A stretch of 64,000 nucleotides of DNA from Candidatus Tayloriibacteriota bacterium (GCA_943350765.1 CALRAJ010000001.1:96689-160688), one strand, 5' to 3'; counted from the first letter of the stretch, positions 38,325 to 48,451 are shown. A program made the numbers and translations. Notes: generated from the sequence alone by a model not told the origin.

Positions 38325-38549
38325 ATCCCCCTAAAACAATTTTTACTAAAAATGTTCGGGCGACCAAATTAGTAAATTTGGTTTAGCCACACATCCCATC
38401 ACGCATAAAATTCCTCGCCTGATAATTTCGTACCCCACCCCATGCAGTCTTTTTGTCTCGCTTTAAGTCATCTATTGAGTAGCATGTCGGCTCGCTTTTT
38501 ATCAACCAATAGTTTTTCATGGAATATAGTATAGCATGACCACCCTAAT

Positions 38550-38579
38550 CAACGGCTCAACAGGGCTGTTGAGCCGTTG
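38550..38579. repeat. REP-like palindrome (family F1)
   Basis: caacggctcaacagggctgttgagccgttg. Confidence 0.8.
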
Positions 38580-38717
38580 GAATCTTACTTAAAAAATTGT
38601 TTGACACCCACACAATACCGTGATAACATGCACCTCGGCTCTGTTCCTTGATAGTGTGAGGAATTGAGAAAAAATTCATACAGTAAACATTTCAATCGTG
38701 AAAGGTGTGGTGATAAT

Positions 38718-39347
38718 ATGACTCGTAAAATACGACTGCGCAAATTCATCATCCTGTTTGGATGTGTCGGGTGTGGCAAAGGTGGTGCTGGAAAGGAACT
38801 CCGGCGTGGTTATGACCAGCTAGTGATCGGGCAGAGCGATCTGTTGCGATTCTACAGTGGTTATTTCCCCAACAGTCCGGAGGCACACGACTTCCTTCGT
38901 GCATGCGATAATGGTGACTACGCTTCCGACGAAACAGCTCTCAGCACTCTTGAATATTTCCTGCCGAGCTTTCTCACTGGTCATGAAGTGGCTTTCGGTG
39001 ATGGAATGTGTCGCACACTTCCCCAACTCCAAATCATGTCATCCTTGGCAGCAAAGCATGATTTCGCCCTTGGTGGTGCGTTTATCAATCTGAATCAGGA
39101 TGAGTGTCGGACACGAATCCTAACATTTCGGAGAGCCACTGAAAAACGCTCTGATGATACTCCTGAGCGTGTTGATTTCAGAATCAAGCTCTATCACGAC
39201 AAAACCATTCCTGTAATTCGCCAGGTTCGTGAACAGTTTCCCGATGACTTCCTCGAGGTGCCTGGTATTCTGGAGCCAGCAGAGAAAGCTGAGCTCATCG
39301 CTCAGCACTTCAAACTCGAGAAGCACCGGCCAGCGACCTGCGGCTAG
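38718..39347 (+). CDS. Divergent adenylate-kinase-like P-loop NMP kinase, encoded in a GC-rich (about 52%) island
   Basis: FIILFGCVGCGKGGAGKELRRGYDQLVIGQSDLLRF parallels adenylate kinase ILLGAPGAGKGTQ...ISTGDLLR. Composition is atypical, with antisense ORFs. Confidence 0.5.
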   Translation: MTRKIRLRKFIILFGCVGCGKGGAGKELRRGYDQLVIGQSDLLRFYSGYFPNSPEAHDFLRACDNGDYASDETALSTLEYFLPSFLTGHEVAFGDGMCRTLPQLQIMSSLAAKHDFALGGAFINLNQDECRTRILTFRRATEKRSDDTPERVDFRIKLYHDKTIPVIRQVREQFPDDFLEVPGILEPAEKAELIAQHFKLEKHRPATCG

Positions 39348-39524
39348 ATGACCCAACACAGCCTGCCAGTTACTCTCCTAGTAGCTCGGCTCGCTTTTTT
39401 ATTTAATCAGTATTATATTGTGAAATCATCCCCGAATTTTCAGTAGAAAATTCGGGGATTGACTTCATAACTCTTTTAATGATATTATATCCATCTAAGG
39501 CCTTTGGGCTCTATTTTTAATTAT

Positions 39525-41306
39525 ATGGATATACGAAACATCGCAATCATCGCCCATGTGGACCACGGCAAGACCACCCTTACTGATGCTATTTTAAAGC
39601 AAACTGGTTTTTCAAAAGAAGGTGTTTCTATGGATAGCAATACCCTCGAGCTCGAGCGTGGCATTACTATTTATGCAAAAAATGCGTCTATTGAATACAA
39701 GGGTACCAAAATCAACATCGTGGACACACCAGGTCACGCCGACTTTGGCTCAGAAGTAGAGCGAGTTCTCCGATCTATTGATACTGTGCTTCTCATAGTA
39801 GATGCCCAAGAGGGTCCGATGCCCCAAACCCGTTTTGTACTCAAAAAGTCACTTGAGCTCGGTCTCAAACCTATCGTCGTTTTAAACAAAATCGACAAGC
39901 CCGCTGCCCGACCACAGGAAGCACACGATGAAATCCTTGAGCTATTTATTGAGCTTGGTGCTACAGACGATCAACTCGACTTTCCCTATGTGTATGCCAT
40001 AGGCCGACAAGGTATTGCAAAATACAAGCTCACAGATGATAGTAAAAATCTCGATCCTATTCTCGATACCATTCTCGCCAAAGTACCACCATCAAAAAAA
40101 GATATTTCTGCCCCACTTCGAGCCCAGTCATTCAATCTTGGCTATGACAACTTTCTCGGTAGACAAGCCATAATCCGTATATATGAAGGTATTATTAAGA
40201 CTGGTCAAACTGTATTTGCAAAAACAAACACAGGCACCTTGCATAGTGGTAAAATCACTAAAATCCTTGCTTTTGATGGTCTCGACCGCAAAGAAGTACC
40301 TCAGGCAGAAGCTGGTGATATAGTGATTATTTCTGGTCTACCAGATATCTACATCGGTGAGACTATTTGTGAAAAATCTGACCAGGAACCCTTACCTGCT
40401 ATTGCCATTGATGAGCCGACCATTTCTCTCACTTTTTTGGTCAACAACTCCCCTTTTGCTGGACGAGAAGGAAAGTTTCTTACTACTCGACAGATTCGTG
40501 ACCGACTAGAAAAAGAGCTCGAAATCAATGTGGGTTTAAAAGTAGACTTTGGTGCAAATGACACCTTCAAGGTCTTTGGACGAGGTGAGTTGCATATTTC
40601 TATTCTTCTAGAAAACATGAGACGAGAAGGCTATGAGCTACAGGTATCTCAGCCACAGGTAATCATAAAAGAAATTGACGGGGTCAAATCTGAGCCATTT
40701 GAGGAGCTCACTGTAGATGTACGCACCGAGCATACTGGTACGGTTATCGAAAAGATTGGTAAGAGAAAAGGTATTATGACCGATATGAGAGAAAGGGACG
40801 GCATCTCAAGAATTATTTTTGAGATCCCGACTAGAGGATTGCTTGGCTACCGTGGGCAATTTGTAATCGATACCAAGGGTGAGGGCATCATGTCCTCACG
40901 AGTACTTGGATTTAGAGAACATGTTGGTGAGATCAACAAACACGAAACTGGCTCTATGATTTCTATGGAAACTGGCAAGGCACTCGCTTTTGCACTTTGG
41001 AATCTTCAAGAGCGAGGTGTGCTTTATATCAAGCCAACAGATGAGATATACACAGGAATGGTAGTGGGTAATGTGACCAAGGGTGATGAAATGACCGTAA
41101 ATCCAACCAAGGGTAAACAGCTCACCAACATGCGTGCTTCTGGGTCAGACGAGAGTATTTACTTGACCCCAGCATGGGAACTCACCATCGAACGAGGCCT
41201 AGAAATCATGCACGAGGATGAGTACCTAGAAATCTGCCCTAAAAGCGTAAGACTTCGCAAGAAAAATCTAACCGATACTGATAGAGCAAAGGCAAAAAGA
41301 GTGTAA
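39525..41306 (+). CDS. typA: Translational GTPase TypA/BipA
   Basis: G1 AHVDHGKTT, G3 DTPGHADF, G4 NKID, and C-terminal EF-G-like domains. Confidence 0.95.
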   Translation: MDIRNIAIIAHVDHGKTTLTDAILKQTGFSKEGVSMDSNTLELERGITIYAKNASIEYKGTKINIVDTPGHADFGSEVERVLRSIDTVLLIVDAQEGPMPQTRFVLKKSLELGLKPIVVLNKIDKPAARPQEAHDEILELFIELGATDDQLDFPYVYAIGRQGIAKYKLTDDSKNLDPILDTILAKVPPSKKDISAPLRAQSFNLGYDNFLGRQAIIRIYEGIIKTGQTVFAKTNTGTLHSGKITKILAFDGLDRKEVPQAEAGDIVIISGLPDIYIGETICEKSDQEPLPAIAIDEPTISLTFLVNNSPFAGREGKFLTTRQIRDRLEKELEINVGLKVDFGANDTFKVFGRGELHISILLENMRREGYELQVSQPQVIIKEIDGVKSEPFEELTVDVRTEHTGTVIEKIGKRKGIMTDMRERDGISRIIFEIPTRGLLGYRGQFVIDTKGEGIMSSRVLGFREHVGEINKHETGSMISMETGKALAFALWNLQERGVLYIKPTDEIYTGMVVGNVTKGDEMTVNPTKGKQLTNMRASGSDESIYLTPAWELTIERGLEIMHEDEYLEICPKSVRLRKKNLTDTDRAKAKRV

Positions 41307-41313
41307 TTTTATA

Positions 41314-41359
41314 AAAAACAGCCGAATGATTTTTACATAAAATCATTCGGCTGTTTTTT
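41314..41359. terminator. Bidirectional Rho-independent terminator between typA and truB
   Basis: aaaaaacagccgaatgatttt-tacat-aaaatcattcggctgtttttt. Confidence 0.7.
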
Positions 41360-42131
41360 ATCTAAAATTTAAAACTTTCGAAATATCGTATTCCCCCACT
41401 TTTGTTCTCAAAATACTCAGTGCGAGTGCTGGTACTCCAAGCTTTTTACCTAGCTCATTTGCAATAGATCTGATATACACACCACTTCCACAGACTACTT
41501 TTATTTTTATAACAGGAAGTGTCTTTTGTGGATATTTTAGTTTAAAAAAGCTCTTCCATTTTTCAATTATTTCTGCCTGGCGAAAATCACCCGTAACTAG
41601 AGAAATATTTTTAAAGATTCGTGTCTCAAGTGAGAGTAAAGATATTTGTTCTATAGATATTATTTCTATACCGTAAACCTCGACTTCCCTGCTTGGAGTA
41701 TCCTCCTCCAGTAGAGTCTCACTTTTTGCGTATTCAAAAAGGGCCTTACCATGTAGGGTTTTTGAGGAATAGGGTGGGTATTTTTGTGCATATCTACCGA
41801 CAAATGACGCGAGGTGTGATTCTATGAGAGCATATTTTGACACACTAGTTGAAACAGGCTCAGGCAAAATACCCACAACTTTACCTAAAATATCGTATGT
41901 ATCTGTTCCCACTCCCAAAAGCACTTCGCATTCATACTCTTTATCCAGTCCAAGGTACTTCTCACGCTCCTTATTCTCCTCATCCACAAGCACGAGCATT
42001 AAACCCTCTGCCATGGGATCCAGCCTTCCTGCGTATGACAAAACTGTGTTTTTGTATTCGGGCTTTGCCAGTCGTAGTTCGTCCAAGCATTGCAAAGGTG
42101 TTTCCCCTATCTTTTTATATAAGCAAAGCAT
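41358..42131 (-). CDS. truB: tRNA pseudouridine(55) synthase
   Basis: GRLDPMAEGLMLVL (catalytic Asp motif). Confidence 0.85.
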   Translation of the reverse strand: MLCLYKKIGETPLQCLDELRLAKPEYKNTVLSYAGRLDPMAEGLMLVLVDEENKEREKYLGLDKEYECEVLLGVGTDTYDILGKVVGILPEPVSTSVSKYALIESHLASFVGRYAQKYPPYSSKTLHGKALFEYAKSETLLEEDTPSREVEVYGIEIISIEQISLLSLETRIFKNISLVTGDFRQAEIIEKWKSFFKLKYPQKTLPVIKIKVVCGSGVYIRSIANELGKKLGVPALALSILRTKVGEYDISKVLNFR

Positions 42132-42731
42132 TGATTATATTATATTTTATTTTTGTTACTGAGACTTTTGATAATGATTTAAATAAAAAACTTCGTGCAA
42201 AACAACCTCACGAAGCATAGAACTTATGATTGGTTTCCCTCACAAACAATACAGGTATAATTATAATACCCCATTGATTCAGATTAGCGAGACTCACCGC
42301 TGTTAGCCAGACCCGCCTTCCCATTTAAGCCTTCAACACACCTGTGTGCGTAGCGTATTTATTCAAGAATACTCGGCTAGGATTATCTGGCGCATTGTTG
42401 AGTCCCCGTTGTTTGTTTTCGGCGTTTTGGTATAAGGAGCCGTCTCATAAACTACTACCCCAGTTGTCCTGCAAGGGTAGGAGCTTCGCTTGATTACCTG
42501 CGTAAAAAAGCTCAACTCTGAGACAAGGAAGTTTGTGAGTAGAGGGATAATGTTGAGTCTTGCAGACCCTTTCACCGAAGAACAAAGTCTCTATTTTCCC
42601 CACATGCTCTCCCTTTATTCAAGGTACGCCAACCTCAAGTTCTAAGGACAGATGATAGCACCCCACTGACTAAATGTCAAGATTTTTATCCATAACTCTT
42701 TTTCACTAAGTTATGTTATACTATCTGTACA

Positions 42732-43406
42732 ATGTTGATAGAATTTTTTTTTGATAAAATCGCCATTTTTTTAAATAGTACATCAGTTATCAATATACTT
42801 TTTCTGATTACACTTATTATCAATGGTATTGTTTTTATAGTCGTACTTTATCACTGGTTTACATATCGCCCAAGTACTGCGGTCGTACTTGTACAGAATG
42901 AGCAGATACTGAGAGTTTACCGAAAACACTGGTTTAGATTTTTTACTGATGTTTTGATCATAGTCGCTCTTATTTTTATACCACTTACTCTTTCCTTACT
43001 ACCAAGTGATCAGATGCAGTGGTTTAAAAGTATCACTCCATTCCTAAATGCCCTCTATAGCTCATGGCTAGTCTTTTTACTATTTGGTTTTTTGATAATG
43101 GCAACAAATTATTTTCTCGATATCTGGGTTTTGACCAACAAACGTCTGGTAGATGTGGATCAAAGGGGGTTATTTAAAAGAGACATCTCTGAAATCCGGC
43201 TGGAAAAGATTGAGGATATAAACATCAAAATATTTGGCATCATTGATACTTTTCTAGGGATAGGTACTGTAGAAATAGAGTCTGCAGGAGCAGTAAAGGA
43301 GTTTTCTCTGAAAAATATCGCACATCCAGAACAAGCCCGAGCTGAGATAAGTGCAACAGCAAGTAGAAAGCTCGATGAGGTACAAGAAGTAAAAATCGTC
43401 GTATAA
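42732..43406 (+). CDS. Bacterial PH-domain membrane protein (bPH_2/YdbS-YdbT family)
   Basis: 3 TM helices followed by DIWVLTNKRLVDVDQRGLFKRDISEIRLEKIEDI...GIGTVEIES. Confidence 0.7.
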   Translation: MLIEFFFDKIAIFLNSTSVINILFLITLIINGIVFIVVLYHWFTYRPSTAVVLVQNEQILRVYRKHWFRFFTDVLIIVALIFIPLTLSLLPSDQMQWFKSITPFLNALYSSWLVFLLFGFLIMATNYFLDIWVLTNKRLVDVDQRGLFKRDISEIRLEKIEDINIKIFGIIDTFLGIGTVEIESAGAVKEFSLKNIAHPEQARAEISATASRKLDEVQEVKIVV

Positions 43407-43466
43407 TATATGTTAATTTTATCTAAATCACACTCTCTAGAGTTATGTTTGTGATATTATATACAA

Positions 43467-44381
43467 ATGAAACGGAGAATTCTAAAAACTTACTTTTTTA
43501 TTCTTTATATTCTTCTATTTTCTCTTGCTACTTCTGTCTTTTTTATTAAAACTTCCTACGCAGAAACAGTAAACGCTGGTCTAGTTACAGGTATCTGGTA
43601 CTCTAAATATCCCTTCTATTCCGATGATTTGGTCAGTATTTATTCTGCAATACAAAATCGTTCGGACATTGCTCTCTCTGCTAAGGTAGGGTTTTATATC
43701 AATAATACACTGATAGGAAGCACAAACATCGAAATAGCCAAAAATAGTATCTCCGTAGCTACTCTTCAATGGAAAGCGACTCTGGGAAGCAAGGTGATGT
43801 ACACAAAGATTATTGAACTGAAAACACCTGACGGTACCTCTGTTTCCACACAATCAATAAATACAGAAACGGCTCCCAGCTCGGTTCAGATAGTGCTAGA
43901 TCCTGAAATAGTTAGAGCGGAAGCTGAAAGAAAGTTGGCGGAGGAGAAAAAAGCAATTGCATTAAACGCTACAAATAAAACCCTTGACACCGAATCAACT
44001 TTAAATAGACTTGCTACCACTAAAGATATAGCCCCTATCCTTCAGAATACCGAAAATTCAATATATTCAACAATCAAAAAGATAGGTGATATTGCAGACA
44101 CTGGCTCAAAAAAGCTTGCCAAGTTTCTAATTGACCAAAAAAAGCCAGATACAGTCATAAAACCAAACACCAAACAAACAGATAAGTCTTCAAAGTTTTC
44201 ATTCCTGTCATCCTCCCCTTTTCTTGCAAATGCCTACACAAGTATATACAACAGATTTATAGATCTAAGTGCCACAGCCTTGATATTCTGGAAATTAGTT
44301 TTATTACTAATCATTCTTGTTCTCATTATTTTTAAAACTAAATCTTGGGCAAAACGAGGTGGAGGTGAGGGTGGGTATTAA
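43467..44381 (+). CDS. Hypothetical surface protein with signal peptide and C-terminal TM anchor
   Basis: 304 aa. Confidence 0.45.
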   Translation: MKRRILKTYFFILYILLFSLATSVFFIKTSYAETVNAGLVTGIWYSKYPFYSDDLVSIYSAIQNRSDIALSAKVGFYINNTLIGSTNIEIAKNSISVATLQWKATLGSKVMYTKIIELKTPDGTSVSTQSINTETAPSSVQIVLDPEIVRAEAERKLAEEKKAIALNATNKTLDTESTLNRLATTKDIAPILQNTENSIYSTIKKIGDIADTGSKKLAKFLIDQKKPDTVIKPNTKQTDKSSKFSFLSSSPFLANAYTSIYNRFIDLSATALIFWKLVLLLIILVLIIFKTKSWAKRGGGEGGY

Positions 44382-44434
44382 GCAAATAAAAAAAGTGTTC
44401 TGATCTATATCAGAACACTTAAACAAGGAAAACT

Positions 44435-45052
44435 TTAATCGAAACGATTCTCCCCAAATCTTACAGGCCAACAAAGACTACTGTCATCGAGACTTGGGAC
44501 AACCTGACCTATTCCCTGTTCCCGAAGACTAGCCTTTGACATAATCTCAAGCTGACCTGCGACCTGAAACACATTGTGTCCCCAGACACTAAATTCAAGT
44601 ACTGGTAAGCCTTCGGCCTCATCTTTTGGTAAGGGTAATACATCAAACACCCTAGTACAGAAAACATCTCCGTGTTTTCTAACTCTGCAAAGCAACCCTC
44701 TGTGACTGCCACAATGTGTAATAGGGTTACTTACCGAGGTCTCCAGGACTTGATCGGATAATGGCCAGATAGTGGGTACAGGTATCGGCCAGCAGGGCGC
44801 GAGGCTGTCAACACCTTCAATGAAGTGATTTCCTGTCCGACTAGACCAGTCCTTTACTGCCTTCGTGAGACCGCTAAGCGCAGTAAATATATTCAAATCA
44901 CGCGACTCAGCAACAACCAAGACAGAGTCGTCGTATTTCGCCACTGGTCCATTCCAGAGAACTGCTCGTAGCACTTTGCCATCTGGAGTACTGTTTTGTG
45001 CGGATCGGGTAAAACGCCCGCGGTGGACACTGAGGGATATGATGTGATTCAT
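44435..45052 (-). CDS. Hypothetical protein (moderately GC-elevated)
   Basis: 205 aa; His/Cys-containing motifs (HCGSHRGLLCRV) with no confident family. Confidence 0.4.
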   Translation of the reverse strand: MNHIISLSVHRGRFTRSAQNSTPDGKVLRAVLWNGPVAKYDDSVLVVAESRDLNIFTALSGLTKAVKDWSSRTGNHFIEGVDSLAPCWPIPVPTIWPLSDQVLETSVSNPITHCGSHRGLLCRVRKHGDVFCTRVFDVLPLPKDEAEGLPVLEFSVWGHNVFQVAGQLEIMSKASLREQGIGQVVPSLDDSSLCWPVRFGENRFD

Positions 45053-45125
45053 AGGTATTTGATTTTTTTGAGGAACAATTATTTTATTTCTTCATCCTTA
45101 GCACCGTAAATGCCAAGGTAAAACA

Positions 45126-45152
45126 AAAGTAGCCCTCAAGGGCTACTTTTTG
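45126..45152. terminator. Bidirectional hairpin terminator
   Basis: aaaagtagccc-tcaa-gggctactttttg. Confidence 0.6.
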
Positions 45153-45710
45153 TCATCGTTTGGTTAGAAAATAGTCTTCTTAAACAATAGCAAAAAGTAA
45201 TCCCCGAGAGAGGGTATTGGTTTTCTTGCTAGTATTTAAAATTGAAATACTTTTAATCATTGTTCCAATCATACCAGTAATGTAAAATAAATACAATGGG
45301 CTAGCAAAGATTGCTCTTACAGTAAGACTTTTTACTTCCAACAATGTTTCGTTTGGTGGATTTTACAGGAACTCTTCCTCTACGAGGACAGTATCCCGAT
45401 TGGATTTTTTTTACGCCAGTAGGCTTGAAAAAGTACTCAATCGGGCTTCGAGTCCTGTACGGAAGCGTCCCCACGCTTCCTACAGTCCAGCAAAAAATCC
45501 ACCAAAGGTGGATTTGTTTGTGGACCCTACAGGAATCTCTCCCTCGAATAATCCCATGCCGTCGCATGGAATTTTTCTGGGCACCGGATTCGCGACAAGC
45601 CCTACTGCGCTCGTAAACCGCGAATCCGTTCGAGTCCTGACGCAAAGCTCTGCTTTGCTTAGGGTCCACAAATTTAAAAACCACTTTATAAAAAGTGGTT
45701 TTTAAATTTG

Positions 45711-45783
45711 TGGACCCTACAGGACTCGAACCTGCCACCCCCTCATTGCAAATGAGGTGCTCTACCAGATGAGCTAAGGGCCC
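45711..45783 (-). tRNA. tRNA-Cys (GCA)
   Basis: Minus-strand sequence GGGCCCTTAGCTCATCTGGTAGAGCACCTCATTTGCAATGAGGGGGTGGCAGGTTCGAGTCCTGTAGGGTCCA. It has a 7-bp acceptor stem, the D-loop AGCTCATCTGGTAGAGC, anticodon loop TTGCAAT and T-loop GGTTCGAGTCC. No encoded CCA. Confidence 0.85.
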
Positions 45784-45819
45784 GTACTATTGACAGTACA
45801 GCCTCTAAAACTGCCTAGA

Positions 45820-45855
45820 TACTATAGCGAATGTTAGTACAGAAATCAAGTCATG
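45820..45855 (-). promoter_or_regulatory. Putative promoter of tRNA-Cys
   Basis: On the minus strand: TTGATT, 17 nt, TATAGT, about 35 nt upstream of the tRNA 5' end. Confidence 0.4.
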
Positions 45856-45913
45856 TCGTTTCCGCATGCGCCATACATACAATACCTTTGACTTTTTATA
45901 GATATTTATGAGA

Positions 45914-46882
45914 TTAAATTTTACCCCTCGCCAATTCAAGCGTATGCACTAAAAATTCAGGCATACTACTCCCCACTGCTGATAAAGAAAGAGGAAAAAG
46001 TGACTCATCGGTGAGGCCTGGGAGTGTATTGACCTCTAGTATATATACCCCCCTTTTTGGATGCACAATAAAATCAGATCTTGAATAGTGCCGTAAGCCC
46101 AAAGCCTTGTGGACAGTGACTGATGCGTCCTGAATCTTTTTTATTTCATCTTTGGTAAAGTTGCCAGGGCAGATTTCTTTGCTCTTGCCACTGTATTTTG
46201 CTTCATAGTCAAAAATGCCGGAGGCGCTACCATGTATAATCTCGACTGGTAAAAGTGAGTAGAATGCTTCCCCACGGAAACCTTCGATCACTCCACAGGT
46301 CACTTCCCTACCAGAAATATATTCCTCTACAAGTACTTCACTATCGTATTTGAAAGCTAGCACTAGACCTTGCTCGATTTCGGCAATATTATGAACAATT
46401 GAGACACCGCTAGATGAGCCAGCTCGTACTGGCTTTACCACAGCAGGCATAGGAAAAGTTTTAAATAAATCAACTATATCCGCATGAGTATATTCGTCTT
46501 TTTTTATTATCTTATGATGTGGCGTTTTAATACCGATATCAGAAAATATCTTTTTTGACAGGGCTTTATTCATTCCAAGAGCCGACGCAAGATAGCCTGA
46601 ACCAGTGTAAGGTATTCCGATAGTATCTAGGAGGTGCTGGACTTTTCCGTCCTCACCATATTCGCCGTGCAAAGCATTAAAAATTACATCAAAATTGTTT
46701 ATCATCTCTGCTGGCTTATAGGGCATGCCACCTTTGTGCCATTCGCCAGTTTTGGAAATAAAAATATCATGAACATCATATTTGTTTGATAAATGCTTCA
46801 AAACAGACGCACCTGTTTTAAGCGACACCTCGTATTCACTTGATGGTCCACCTCGTATTACTCCTACTCGTATTTTTGACAT
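45914..46882 (-). CDS. ddl: D-alanine--D-alanine ligase
   Basis: ATP-grasp fold; RVGVIRGGPSSEYEVSLKTGASV N-terminus, and C-terminal EVNTLPGLT. Confidence 0.9.
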   Translation of the reverse strand: MSKIRVGVIRGGPSSEYEVSLKTGASVLKHLSNKYDVHDIFISKTGEWHKGGMPYKPAEMINNFDVIFNALHGEYGEDGKVQHLLDTIGIPYTGSGYLASALGMNKALSKKIFSDIGIKTPHHKIIKKDEYTHADIVDLFKTFPMPAVVKPVRAGSSSGVSIVHNIAEIEQGLVLAFKYDSEVLVEEYISGREVTCGVIEGFRGEAFYSLLPVEIIHGSASGIFDYEAKYSGKSKEICPGNFTKDEIKKIQDASVTVHKALGLRHYSRSDFIVHPKRGVYILEVNTLPGLTDESLFPLSLSAVGSSMPEFLVHTLELARGKI

Positions 46883-47106
46883 GGGTATAGTATAGCAAAA
46901 GTATTCAGATGTTGGAGTGGATAACAATAAGAAAAAATATATGATTTACTACCATATCGTAGTAAATCAATAATACAAACATACACAAATACTAGACGGT
47001 CGCATATTATTTGTGTATTTTTTCAAAAAGATAAACTCCTAAAAGGCTTGAGGAGCTGAGGCGAGAACGGTCTAGCAAGACGCGTTACATAGGGCGAAAA
47101 GCTAGG

Positions 47107-47142
47107 TTTGAACGGCTCAACAGCCCTGTTGAGCCGTTGAAA
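47107..47142. repeat. REP-like palindrome (family F1)
   Basis: tttgaacggctcaacagccctgttgagccgttgaaa. Confidence 0.8.
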
Positions 47143-47158
47143 TCCCTCCGTAGAGCCA

Positions 47159-48421
47159 TTATTTACCATTACGATTTATGTCATTTTCACCTCCTTTGAA
47201 GATATTACCTCTTAGTACACGGTGATAACCGATGGCAAAACGGTGCGCTTCACTATTCACAAGCAGGATTTCTTTTTTATACTTTTCTACCATTTCTGCA
47301 TTACCAATAATTGACCTTGCCCGATGTCTCTCGTCTTTAGTCACCGACACTACTGGAATAAAAATATTTGCCTTGTTGATAACTTCCTCTACCGCTCGTC
47401 TCTGTACTTCATTTCCATCGGTAACAATCATCTGTGGAAATGTCCATTCTGGGTGAGTAAGTCGTCGTTCAATAATTTCTCTAAGATTAGCAATATCATT
47501 TGCCCCATCTTCTCTATTGATCTTAAACTTTCTATACTGCGACTTTTCTGGTAGTCTATTTTCAAGCACGGTCATTACACCCACAGTATTTTTACCTGAT
47601 AAATGGGCTATGTCATACGCCTCAATACGAAACATACTTTCATTTTCACCAACTTCTGACTCCATGATTTCTCTGGTTTTAATTAATGCCACATCCTGAA
47701 TGTGTGTCAATGCGAATATTTGCCTTTTCAATTCTCCAGCTTTTTCGAATTCCTGTTTTTTTGCATATTCCTGCATTTCCTTTTCCATTTTTCGTATCAA
47801 TATTGCTTTTTTACCCTCAAAAAACAGTTTGATACGGTTAATTATTTTTGCATAATCTTTTACTGATACATCACCCGTACATACCCCAGGACACAACCCG
47901 ATTTGAGCATTAAAACATGGTTTTCCTACCAAAGGCGCACACCTGTCTCGAAATGTGAAAATCTTACGAATTATTCGTAGACCCTCCACAATACTCGAAC
48001 CCTGCGGAAATGGTCCAAAAATATATTTTATCGTAAAATCAGATGTTTTTTGCTCTAGTTCCCTTTTGCGAACAACAAGAACTCTAGGAAAATCTTCTTT
48101 TGTAATCACCACACAATTGAAACTTTTATTGTCCTTTTCTTTTGTATTATATTTTGGCTGATGTTTTTTGATCAGGCTAGCTTCCAGAATAATCGCCTCG
48201 AGTACCGAATCTGTAACACTAAAACTCAGACTATCAGCTAGAGAAACCATGTCCACGAGAAGTTGTCCTCTGGTGGCACTTAAATCCAAACCAAAATAGC
48301 TTCTTACCCTGTCTTTGAGCGAAGTCGCCCTACCAATATACAAAATATCACTACCTTGTTTAAAAAAGTAGACTCCTGGACCGTTGGGTAGTTTTATCTT
48401 TGTAATTTCTTGACTATTCAT
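47159..48421 (-). CDS. uvrC: Excinuclease ABC subunit C lacking the C-terminal (HhH)2 domain
   Basis: GIY-YIG (PGVYFFKQGSDILYIGRATSLKDRVRSYF), a UVR motif (EFEKAGELKRQIFAL) and the RNase H-like endonuclease core (RIEAYDIAHLSG...MIVTDGNEVQ). Only 420 aa. Confidence 0.8.
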   Translation of the reverse strand: MNSQEITKIKLPNGPGVYFFKQGSDILYIGRATSLKDRVRSYFGLDLSATRGQLLVDMVSLADSLSFSVTDSVLEAIILEASLIKKHQPKYNTKEKDNKSFNCVVITKEDFPRVLVVRKRELEQKTSDFTIKYIFGPFPQGSSIVEGLRIIRKIFTFRDRCAPLVGKPCFNAQIGLCPGVCTGDVSVKDYAKIINRIKLFFEGKKAILIRKMEKEMQEYAKKQEFEKAGELKRQIFALTHIQDVALIKTREIMESEVGENESMFRIEAYDIAHLSGKNTVGVMTVLENRLPEKSQYRKFKINREDGANDIANLREIIERRLTHPEWTFPQMIVTDGNEVQRRAVEEVINKANIFIPVVSVTKDERHRARSIIGNAEMVEKYKKEILLVNSEAHRFAIGYHRVLRGNIFKGGENDINRNGK

Positions 48422-48451
48422 ATTATAAGACTATACAGTATCTAAAATACT

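Noticed and set aside
42132-42731. Definite assignment of the ORF-free region as RNase P RNA or tmRNA
   Set aside because: I found only a partial GGTGAAAGGGT resemblance and a possible …ACCA end. I could not locate the P4 helix or T-loop consensus by eye, so the identity is left open pending a covariance-model search.
45301-45738. 145-aa minus-strand ORF and several plus-strand ORFs across 45344-45705
   Set aside because: They overlap the tRNA-Cys gene and its hairpin and repeat array. The composition is driven by palindromes, so they are not coding.
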